From Acutalibacteraceae bacterium (GTDB lineage Bacteria; Bacillota; Clostridia; Oscillospirales; Acutalibacteraceae): a DNA stretch of 64,000 nucleotides. Under the pieces are notes generated by a model. It was not told where the DNA came from and did not search any database. It saw nothing but the letters and a program-made list of their open reading frames with translations. The translations under genes and the position numbers were made by a program. Below are positions 29,479-37,034 of the stretch, piece by piece. The stretch spans positions 8,237 to 72,236 of the forward strand of contig JAZQJF010000003.1 of NCBI GenBank assembly GCA_045541505.1, in the 5' to 3' direction. Position 1 is the stretch's first letter; each line of letters starts with the position of its first letter.

Positions 29479-30066
29479 TGTTGATGCCTCCTTTCAAGAT
29501 AGTAATAAATTCACCATTTTGTTTTGTTATGACAACATCTTCACCCTTAATAAAAAACAAAACATCTTCCGCTTGACCTCGCCAAGACCCGATGCGCTTC
29601 TCTTGTACCTTATAAACAATATCATTGATAATTGTTTTAAACTTAGCTCTTCCTTCAGGCGTTGTTGGGTCTAAATCAAATTCCGGTGCGTGTTTTCCGA
29701 CTTTTTTGCCAAACTGTTTGTCTGACACTGATAGCTTGATGTTATCCTCTCTCATTATACCACTATTTTCAGAATTTGCAATAGCTTGTGTGCTTTCAAG
29801 GGCGGTTTCAGCCTCTTTCAGCTTTCTTCGGGGGTGTATTCAAAATCATCAAGCTCGGGATAATGGGTTGCACAGCCGTGTCGGCAGTTGGGATGAAACA
29901 ATCCTGCTCCCATTGCCGTTGACATCAGCATATAATCGCCGTCAGAGGGCTTTCCGCCCGAATAGACATCATCAATAAGGATTTTACCTTCAAAGGTTCT
30001 GCAAAGCTCACAGGCGGTACATATGTTTCTGTCAAAATTTTCTTCTTTGCATAGAATGATAACGGA
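29447..30066 (-). pseudogene. 5'-truncated, frameshifted MuF(SPP1 gp7)-type polymorphic toxin with a colicin-D/BECR-like C-terminal domain
   Basis: Region 30066-29818 translates without a start codon to ...NFDRNICTACELCRTFEGK...GLFHPNCRHGCATHY...EYTPEES*. A shifted frame is open from 29839 and reads KLKEAETALEST...MREDNIKLSVSDKQFGKKVGKHAPEFDL... to 29447. The internal ATG at 29755 has no RBS. Confidence 0.6.
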
Positions 30067-30099
30067 TTAATATCCTATCAAAAATAAAGGAGAAATGTT

Positions 30100-30315
30100 A
30101 TGAATTATTCACCTGCTTCAAAGCAAGCGGGCGGAGCTGTATGTGTTCGCAATGACTTTCACGTTGCTATCACGCCGCTCCCCGCTGACCCTGTCGTTGC
30201 AATGGCTTATGTGCCGTTTCAGACCGACACCAATACCTACCCTGAAATGCAGGCACTTGCCTGCGGTACACTTTTTCCGTGCCTTAACAAGCCTTTCAAA
30301 GGTCGTGGGGCATAA
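30100..30315 (+). CDS. cotJA: spore coat-associated protein CotJA
   Basis: AAGGAG RBS, 71 aa, with the MAYVPFQ...LFP.L.KPF motif. It is the first gene of a cotJABC-like operon. Confidence 0.85.
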   Translation: MNYSPASKQAGGAVCVRNDFHVAITPLPADPVVAMAYVPFQTDTNTYPEMQALACGTLFPCLNKPFKGRGA

Positions 30316-30569
30316 TGGTTGACAAAAGAAATATGAGCACACAGCTTTCTGCAGTTCAGTTTGCGATGTGGGAGCTTCACCTTTACCTTGACACTCACCC
30401 TGAAGACATCAGCGCACTTAAACTCTATAACAAGTATGAAGAAAAATATTGTGCCCTGCTTGATGAATACGAATCAAAATTCGGTCCGTTATATTCAACA
30501 AGAGGCACTCCCGGTGTAAGATGGCTTAAAAATCCGTGGCCCTGGGATTATGAAGGAGGCAATTGCTGA
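30315..30569 (+). CDS. cotJB: spore coat protein CotJB
   Basis: 84 aa with FAMWELHLYLDTHP, typical of CotJB. Its start overlaps the cotJA stop. Confidence 0.85.
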   Translation: MVDKRNMSTQLSAVQFAMWELHLYLDTHPEDISALKLYNKYEEKYCALLDEYESKFGPLYSTRGTPGVRWLKNPWPWDYEGGNC

Positions 30570-31165
30570 TGTTTGTTTATGAAAAAAAGCTTCAATACCC
30601 TGTAAAGATTACTAACCCGAACCCCAAGTATGCACAGATAATTATAAGTCAGTACGGCGGCCCTGACGGTGAGTTGGGCGCATCGTTGAGATACCTCAGC
30701 CAGCGTTATTCAATGCCGTACGCCGAGCTTAAAGGTCTTTTGACCGACGTGGGCACGGAAGAACTTTCTCATCTTGAGATGATCGGTGCAATTGTTTATC
30801 AGTTAACACGAAATTTATCTCCCGATGATATAAAAAAATCGGGATTTGACGCATATTTTGTTGACCACACAACAGGTGTTTACCCTACAGCTGCAAGCGG
30901 TTTTCCATGGAGCGCTGCAAGCATGCAGTCAAAAGGCGACCTGATAACAGACCTTCACGAAAACCTTGCTGCAGAACAAAAAGCAAGAACTACCTACGAT
31001 AATATTCTCCGCCTTGTGGATGACCCTGACGTACGTGAACCTATCAAATTCTTAAGAGCAAGAGAAATTGTTCATTATCAGCGATTCGGTGAAGGTCTCC
31101 GCCTCGCAACAGACCGGCTGGACAGCAAAAATTTCTACGCATTTAACCCAAGCTTTGATAAATAA
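30569..31165 (+). CDS. cotJC: CotJC, manganese-catalase-family spore coat protein
   Basis: The ATG at 30569 overlaps the cotJB stop (TGATG), and GAAGGAGG lies 9 nt upstream. Motifs QYGGPDGELGASLRYLSQR and EELSHLEMIG are present. Confidence 0.9.
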   Translation: MFVYEKKLQYPVKITNPNPKYAQIIISQYGGPDGELGASLRYLSQRYSMPYAELKGLLTDVGTEELSHLEMIGAIVYQLTRNLSPDDIKKSGFDAYFVDHTTGVYPTAASGFPWSAASMQSKGDLITDLHENLAAEQKARTTYDNILRLVDDPDVREPIKFLRAREIVHYQRFGEGLRLATDRLDSKNFYAFNPSFDK

Positions 31166-31176
31166 AACATTGTTTT

Positions 31177-31212
31177 CTGCACCCTGCTCAATTAAGCCGG
31201 GTGCAGTTTTTT
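31177..31212 (+). terminator. Rho-independent terminator
   Basis: CTGCACCC pairs with GGGTGCAG, followed by T6. Confidence 0.8.
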
Positions 31213-31274
31213 GTTGACATAACAGCAACGCAGTGGTATATTATTCTAAAACAGAAGAAAGGTATGATATATAT

Positions 31275-32135
31275 ATGAAAAAATTCTTTTCCATATTGTT
31301 AAGTATTATTCTTATTGTAAGTGTTTTAAGCGTCGGCGCTTTAGCAGCAGACAAGCCATTTTACCTGGTTCTCGGTGATTCAATTGCCTACGGTTCAGGT
31401 CTCGGTAACCCACAGGATGCCTGCTACGGTAAAATTGTTGCCGATACAAACGGTTATACTTATGCTAACCATTCAGTTCCGGGTCACACAACATCAAACC
31501 TTATAGGAAGACTCAGTGAAGAAGAAGTAATTTCTGACCTGAAAAAAGCTGATATTATCAGCATTTCAATAGGCGGTAATAATTTTCTTATGAGTAATCT
31601 TGCCGGGCTGATGTTTGACTCTATGGTTATGGATGATTACAGTGAGTTTGATGCAATTGCCGAAACCTTCTATAATGAATTCTGTGAGATTATGGATATT
31701 ATAAATATGCACAACCCCGATGCAGTTGTTCTTATGCAAACACTTTATAATCCCCAGTCCCCTCCGCTGAGAGCACCTTATCAGCAAGGCGCTGACAGAA
31801 TCAATGCTGCAATTGAGCGCTATGATAGCGAGCATCCGGATGAAATTGTTATTGTTGACGTTGCAACCGCTCTTGGTGACGATATGGAAAAATTCGCGGG
31901 TGATGATATCCACCCCAGTGTTAAAGGTAACGAGGAAATTGCAAAAGTAATTCTTGAAAAGCTTTGTGAGCTGAAACTCGGCAACAGCACTCAGCCTGTA
32001 ATTTCAGTTAAAGGAACCGATATTGAAATTCCCGAGATATTCACTGCCTCATTGAAAATAATCGGTTATGTTTTCAGCTTTATCGGCAATTTTGCTTTCA
32101 TTATTAACACAATAATAAATACAATTCACACATAA
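31275..32135 (+). CDS. SGNH/GDSL-family hydrolase (esterase) with a signal peptide and a hydrophobic C-terminal segment
   Basis: The start is at MKKFFSILLS. Block I is GDSIAYG, block III is GGNN, and the DxxH region is DDIHPS. Confidence 0.8.
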   Translation: MKKFFSILLSIILIVSVLSVGALAADKPFYLVLGDSIAYGSGLGNPQDACYGKIVADTNGYTYANHSVPGHTTSNLIGRLSEEEVISDLKKADIISISIGGNNFLMSNLAGLMFDSMVMDDYSEFDAIAETFYNEFCEIMDIINMHNPDAVVLMQTLYNPQSPPLRAPYQQGADRINAAIERYDSEHPDEIVIVDVATALGDDMEKFAGDDIHPSVKGNEEIAKVILEKLCELKLGNSTQPVISVKGTDIEIPEIFTASLKIIGYVFSFIGNFAFIINTIINTIHT

Positions 32136-32140
32136 AAAAT

Positions 32141-32176
32141 GGGTCTGCTTTTCAAAAAGGCAGACCCTGTTTTTTT
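32141..32176. terminator. bidirectional Rho-independent terminator
   Basis: GGGTCTGC pairs with GCAGACCC, with flanking A and T runs. It lies between convergent genes. Confidence 0.8.
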
Positions 32177-33248
32177 ATATTTTATAAAAATCTTTATACC
32201 ACTTGGCAAATTCTCTGAGACCTTCACGTAAAGGGGTGTTTGGTCTGAAACTGAAATCACGCTCCAGCGCACTTGTATCAGCGTAAGTGACAGCAACGTC
32301 GCCCTGTTGCATAGGCACGAGTTTTTTATGAGCATCAAAGTTATAATCTTCAGGTAAAACGCCAGCAGAAACCAGCTCCTGCTGAAGTATATCAACAAAA
32401 TCAAGAAGGTTTTCAGGGTTACTGTTACCGATGTTATATACTCTGTAAGGTGCAACAGGAAGACCGTCCTCCCCTTTTTCTTTTTCAGGGGCATTTTGCA
32501 TAACCAAGCTTACGCCTTTAACAATATCATTCACAAAAGTGAAGTCACGTTTGCAGTTACCGAAATTAAATATTTCGATTGTTTCACCTTTAATAAGCTT
32601 GTTTGTAAAGCCGAAATATGCCATATCAGGACGTCCGGCAGGGCCGTAAACCGTGAAAAAGCGCAGGCCTGTTGAGGGAATATCGTAAAGCTTTGAATAA
32701 GAGTGAGCCAGAAGCTCATTGCTTTTTTTAGTAGCAGCATAGAGGCTTACGGGGGTATCTGCTTTATCGTCGGTAGAATAGGGAATTTTTGCATTTGAGC
32801 CGTAAACCGAAGAGCTTGATGCATAAACAAGATGCTCCACAGGGTTATGACGGCAGGCTTCAAGGATGTTATAAAAGCCGATTATGTTTGACTCAATATA
32901 AACATCAGGATTTGTTACGGAATAACGCACACCTGCCTGAGCGGCAAGGTTAACAACTACGTTAAATTTATATTCGGCAAAGAGAGAATCAATAAGTGAT
33001 TTATCTGCAAGATTGCCTTTGATAAAAATCCACTTATTCTCAGCATTTTCCCGGGAAACCGATTCAATTTCACCGAGTCGGTATTCTTTGATCGAAACGT
33101 CGTAATAGTCATTCATATTATCAAGACCGACAATGACAGCGCCTTTGAGAGTTTTCAATAATTCGACCACAAGATTTGAGCCGATAAAACCTGCGGCACC
33201 TGTAACAAGAATTGTTTTATTATTTAAATCTATATTTGGAGTGAGCAT
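32175..33248 (-). CDS. NAD-dependent sugar-nucleotide epimerase (UDP-glucuronate 4-epimerase-like, SDR family)
   Basis: GAAGFIGS Rossmann motif and the YAATK catalytic YxxxK. 357 aa, CapI/GalE-like throughout. Confidence 0.85.
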   Translation of the reverse strand: MLTPNIDLNNKTILVTGAAGFIGSNLVVELLKTLKGAVIVGLDNMNDYYDVSIKEYRLGEIESVSRENAENKWIFIKGNLADKSLIDSLFAEYKFNVVVNLAAQAGVRYSVTNPDVYIESNIIGFYNILEACRHNPVEHLVYASSSSVYGSNAKIPYSTDDKADTPVSLYAATKKSNELLAHSYSKLYDIPSTGLRFFTVYGPAGRPDMAYFGFTNKLIKGETIEIFNFGNCKRDFTFVNDIVKGVSLVMQNAPEKEKGEDGLPVAPYRVYNIGNSNPENLLDFVDILQQELVSAGVLPEDYNFDAHKKLVPMQQGDVAVTYADTSALERDFSFRPNTPLREGLREFAKWYKDFYKI

Positions 33249-33316
33249 AATTACCTCCGAAGTTTAATTAACACAGTAATTATATACTGACTCCACTTTT
33301 GTGTCAACAAAACATC

Positions 33317-33344
33317 TTGAAAATTCAGCATTTGGCAGTATAAT
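33317..33344 (+). promoter_or_regulatory. sigma-A type promoter
   Basis: TTGAAA at 33317-33322, a 16-nt spacer, and TATAAT at 33339-33344. Confidence 0.5.
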
Positions 33345-33364
33345 TAAATCAAGGAGTGACAGAT

Positions 33365-34720
33365 ATGGATTTTTTATCTTTTATGAAACAGGCTGCCAAT
33401 GTCAAGCCAAACAAACGTCAATTAAATATGTTAAGAGAAACACCTTTTTACGCTTTTGTACATTTCAGCCCCAACACATTCACCGACCTTGAATGGGGGT
33501 TGGGTGATGAAGATCCTGCCATATTCAACCCCACAAAGCTTGATTGCGAGCAATGGGCTAAGACCATAAAAGATGCAGGGATGAAAGGAATGGTTCTCAC
33601 CGCAAAACATCACGACGGTTTTTGTCTGTGGCAGAGCAAATATACCGAGCATTGTATGAAAAACAGCCCATATAAAAACGGCAAGGGCGACATAGTCAAA
33701 GAAGCCGCAGAAGCGTGTAAAAAGTACGATTTGAAATTCGGCTTTTATCTCTCACCATGGGACAGAAATTCAAAATACTACGGCACTGACGAATATAACA
33801 CTTATTATAAAAATCAGCTTACAGAGTTACTTACAAACTACGGTGATATTTTCCACGTGTGGTTTGACGGTGCTTGCGGTGAAGGACCCAACGGTAAAAA
33901 GCAAGTTTACGATTTTGACGGATATTTTGACCTTGTGCATACGCTTCAGCCTGATGCAACAATTTTTCAGGACGGCGGCGAGATACGTTGGTGCGGAAAC
34001 GAAGCCGGCAAACCCTCATACGCTCAATGGGCAGTTGTACCGATGGAACTGAGTAAATTCTGCCCGCCGCAAACACAAGCCGGTCCGCTTGCAACTGACG
34101 ACAGCCTTGAATATATTTATAACACTGATACAAATATCGGTGAGATGTCAAACATTGTGTATTCAAAGGGACTTGTTTTCTCCCCTGCCGAAACGGATAT
34201 GTCGATCCGTCCCGGCTGGTTTTATCATAAAAATGAAGAACCGCATTCACTTGAAAGACTGTTTGACACATATCTCAATACAGTAGGAGGAAACACAACT
34301 TTCAATCTGAATGTTCCGCCCACACCCGAAGGACTTTTTGACGAAAGAGATGTTAAAAGGCTTCACGAATTGGGCGAGAAAATAAGAACAGAGCTTGGAA
34401 CTGACCTTACCTGCGATGCTGAGATTGAAGAAGTAAAAAAAGAAAACACAAACCTTTGCGAATTTATTATAAAGCTCCCTGAAAAGAGAAAAATCAAGTA
34501 TCTGGAGCTTGCAGAAAAAATTGCAGAAGGTCAGCGCGTTGAGTCGTTTATTGTTTATTGTAAAAACAGTGACGGTATAAACAAGAAGATTTGCCAGCGC
34601 AACACAATCGGCAGCAGAAAAATAGTGAGATTTGACGAGAGTGTTGAAACCGATGAGATTACCGTAAAAATTGTGTCAGCAAGGGATACGGTTTTGATTG
34701 AGTGGATTAAAATGTACTAA
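33365..34720 (+). CDS. GH29 alpha-L-fucosidase
   Basis: The ATG at 33365 lies 8 nt after AAGGAG. GH29 motifs are present: AKHHDGFCLW, YLSPWD, WFDGA. Confidence 0.9.
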   Translation: MDFLSFMKQAANVKPNKRQLNMLRETPFYAFVHFSPNTFTDLEWGLGDEDPAIFNPTKLDCEQWAKTIKDAGMKGMVLTAKHHDGFCLWQSKYTEHCMKNSPYKNGKGDIVKEAAEACKKYDLKFGFYLSPWDRNSKYYGTDEYNTYYKNQLTELLTNYGDIFHVWFDGACGEGPNGKKQVYDFDGYFDLVHTLQPDATIFQDGGEIRWCGNEAGKPSYAQWAVVPMELSKFCPPQTQAGPLATDDSLEYIYNTDTNIGEMSNIVYSKGLVFSPAETDMSIRPGWFYHKNEEPHSLERLFDTYLNTVGGNTTFNLNVPPTPEGLFDERDVKRLHELGEKIRTELGTDLTCDAEIEEVKKENTNLCEFIIKLPEKRKIKYLELAEKIAEGQRVESFIVYCKNSDGINKKICQRNTIGSRKIVRFDESVETDEITVKIVSARDTVLIEWIKMY

Positions 34721-34748
34721 AATTAAAAAGGAGCGGTCACCCCCTCCT

Positions 34749-35366
34749 TTATTTTTTACTTTTCTTTGCTCTGACAGTGAAAAAAATCAGTAAAGCAAAA
34801 AGCAACCATTGACCATATACAAGAAGAAAATGCTCTGTATAACCCTCAGTATATATAATCGGGTTCAAAATATTAAAAAACGGAACAGATGAAATAAAGG
34901 GAAGAAACGCAACAACGGCAATAAACGCTATCCAAAAAGTGATAAGATATGGGTGCTTCACATTCTTTGCAAGAAGAATACCCAACAGCACAACAGTTGC
35001 AGGAATTATAGTTAATACACCGCCTCGAAACAAAACTGAAAGAAGAGAAAGAACGGCAAATACTATTGCAAGAATAATACCAACATATTTTCTCACAACC
35101 TGCTCGTTGTTCTTTGTTTCACCGTCGGTATCCTTAACATAAACATAAACAGGATCTGAGGGAGTCTGCCCACCTTTTAAAATATAATCTATTGACACAT
35201 TGAATATTTCACTAAGTTGAATAAGCTTATCTGCCTCAGGCTTGCACATACTGTTTTCCCACTTTGAAATGGTCTGACGTGATACTTCAAGCCTGTCTGC
35301 CAAATCACCCTGAGACATATTATTTTTGTTTCTGAGTTCATAAATTCTTTCACCAAAGTCTGACAT
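34749..35366 (-). CDS. XRE-family HTH transcriptional regulator with a C-terminal multi-TM domain
   Basis: The N-terminus is an HTH_3 domain (LRNKNNMSQGDLADRLEVSRQTISKWEN). The C-terminal half has about 4 hydrophobic helices. Confidence 0.8.
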   Translation of the reverse strand: MSDFGERIYELRNKNNMSQGDLADRLEVSRQTISKWENSMCKPEADKLIQLSEIFNVSIDYILKGGQTPSDPVYVYVKDTDGETKNNEQVVRKYVGIILAIVFAVLSLLSVLFRGGVLTIIPATVVLLGILLAKNVKHPYLITFWIAFIAVVAFLPFISSVPFFNILNPIIYTEGYTEHFLLVYGQWLLFALLIFFTVRAKKSKK

Positions 35367-35390
35367 AATATCAGCTCCTTTCTTGAGAAA

Positions 35391-35419
35391 ATATTAGCTC
35401 AGAATGGCTTTCAAGTCAA
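35391..35419 (-). promoter_or_regulatory. possible promoter of the XRE gene (TTGACT, 17 nt spacer, TAATAT)
   Basis: The hexamers were read on the minus strand. Confidence 0.45.
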
Positions 35420-35440
35420 TCAATTATGGTTTAAATTTTA

Positions 35441-35455
35441 GCAACCTGAGGTTGC
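35441..35455. promoter_or_regulatory. perfect palindrome GCAACC-TGA-GGTTGC (possible operator)
   Basis: A 6-3-6 inverted repeat lies about 22 nt upstream of the putative -35 box of the XRE gene. Confidence 0.3.
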
Positions 35456-35460
35456 AACAC

Positions 35461-35489
35461 AGAAAAACGGTGCAGTTTTAGCTGCACCG
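35461..35489 (-). terminator. Rho-independent terminator
   Basis: CGGTGCAG pairs with CTGCACCG, followed by TTTTTCT on the minus strand. Confidence 0.75.
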
Positions 35490-35494
35490 ATACT

Positions 35495-36649
35495 TTATTT
35501 CCACAGATTCTTGTAGATTGTGAGGACATCGTCTTTTTCAACTGTTTTAATGGTGTTTGCAGGTGAACCAGAAGCAACAGCATCCCCTGCCATTTTATCC
35601 ATTTTTGAAAAGAATTCGTCTTTATCAATTCTGTATTTTTCAAGGGTCGGAATTTCACAGATATCACAAAGCTTTTTGCACTCTGCAATGAACTTTTCTG
35701 CAGCTGACTTATCATCATCATTATTATCAGCGGCACCGATAGCTCTTGCCATTGCGGCAAAGCGGTCCAAAGCTCCGTCATAAACATAATTAAAGCATTC
35801 ACAAAGGAGCATTGCGTTGCTGATTCCGTGAGGCACGTGGAACAATGCGCCGATGGGACGGCTCATTCCGTGAATAACGGTAACAGATGCATTATTAAAC
35901 GCTATTCCCGCTTCAAGGGCTGCCTGAGACATCTGTGCTCTTGCGTTGACATTATCACCCTCATTATAGCAAACGGGAAGATATTTAAAAATCTTTTTGA
36001 TAGCTGAAAGAGCGTAATTATCGGTAAGTGGCTGAGCCCTTTTGGATGTATAAGCCTCTGCAGCGTGGCAAAGAGCGTCAAGACCTGTAGCAGCTGTGAC
36101 GGACTTTGGTGCAGTCATTGTAAATGCAGGGTCAACGACTGCGATATCAGGCATCAGCACTGTACCTTTGAGGAGCATTTTTATGTCTTTTTCGGTATTT
36201 GTAATGATTGTGAACTGCGTTGCCTCTGAGCCTGTTCCGCTGGTGGTAGGAACGGCAACCATAGGTGGTGTAGGTACGGTAATCACCTTGCCGAGATAGT
36301 CGTTGATTGATCCTCCTGAGGTGGCAAGGGCAGCAATAGCCTTCATTGAGTCAATGGGAGAACCTCCGCCAACTGCAACCAAAAAATCACAGCCTTCATT
36401 TTTATAAACAGAAAGACCTGCATCGATCATTTTATCGGTAGGCTCGCCTGTGATACCGTCAAAAATCACGAAGTCAACACCGTTTGCTGATAATACATCG
36501 GTAACAAGCTTGGCGTTTCCTAACTTGACCATCATTGGGTCGGTAACAACAAGCGCTTTTTTACCAAGAGAGCAGATTGAAGCTGCACCGTCAGAAAGGG
36601 CGTTTTCGCCATAGAAAACCTGCTTTGGCATAATAAACTGAAATCCCAT
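35495..36649 (-). CDS. iron-containing alcohol dehydrogenase (lactaldehyde reductase / propanediol oxidoreductase-like)
   Basis: A 384-aa Fe-ADH with GGGSPID and conserved His residues (HAAEAY, HGMSRPIG..FHVPHG). The context of fucosidases fits a FucO-like role, but that role is an inference. Confidence 0.85.
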   Translation of the reverse strand: MGFQFIMPKQVFYGENALSDGAASICSLGKKALVVTDPMMVKLGNAKLVTDVLSANGVDFVIFDGITGEPTDKMIDAGLSVYKNEGCDFLVAVGGGSPIDSMKAIAALATSGGSINDYLGKVITVPTPPMVAVPTTSGTGSEATQFTIITNTEKDIKMLLKGTVLMPDIAVVDPAFTMTAPKSVTAATGLDALCHAAEAYTSKRAQPLTDNYALSAIKKIFKYLPVCYNEGDNVNARAQMSQAALEAGIAFNNASVTVIHGMSRPIGALFHVPHGISNAMLLCECFNYVYDGALDRFAAMARAIGAADNNDDDKSAAEKFIAECKKLCDICEIPTLEKYRIDKDEFFSKMDKMAGDAVASGSPANTIKTVEKDDVLTIYKNLWK

Positions 36650-36710
36650 ATAAATACCTCACTTTAAATTACTGAAAATATGATAGCAGAATATACAGAT
36701 GTTTGCAAGG

Positions 36711-36743
36711 AAAAATTTACGCCGACAGCATTAACTGTCGGCG
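36711..36743 (-). terminator. Rho-independent terminator
   Basis: CGCCGACAG pairs with CTGTCGGCG, followed by TAAATTTTT on the minus strand. Confidence 0.75.
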
Positions 36744-36749
36744 TTTTCA

Positions 36750-37034
36750 TTATTCAAAAAATGATTCAGCAATAAGAAAATCATTATAAAGCCCCGCGAA
36801 TTCACCGTCAAGACTTACATAACCTTCGTTAACGCTGTTATAAAGTTCTTCTTTTGTAAAAGATACAACTTCATTTAGCTTAACGCATTTTTCTCTCGCT
36901 TGTATCAGGAACTTGATTTGTTCAGGCAACAAAGAGCTGAATTTATCCTCGTTTTCACTAAGAAAAACGTCAAAACAATTTTCTGAACAGGCTGCATATT
37001 CACTCAGTTTGCGAATCGTATTCCCTGTAAACAA
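36750..37034 (-). CDS. 94-codon ATG-less ORF in frame directly after the GH38 stop codon; hypothetical acidic helical protein
   Basis: The frame is open for 95 codons in AT-rich DNA. The only start candidate is the TTG immediately after TAA (TAATTG). There is no internal Met and only a weak RBS. Confidence 0.35.
   Translation of the reverse strand: MFTGNTIRKLSEYAACSENCFDVFLSENEDKFSSLLPEQIKFLIQAREKCVKLNEVVSFTKEELYNSVNEGYVSLDGEFAGLYNDFLIAESFFE

Noticed and set aside
29204-29978. Plus-strand ORFs 29204-29674 (156 aa) and 29625-29978 (117 aa)
   Set aside because: They have no RBS and low-complexity Ser/Leu/Pro-rich translations. They lie antisense to the much better supported immunity gene and toxin remnant, so I treat them as shadow ORFs.
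29447-30099. Intact prophage or mobile element around the MuF fragment
   Set aside because: No integrase, terminase, portal or other phage genes are present, and I recognised no flanking direct repeats. Only a gene fragment remains, next to the cotJ operon.
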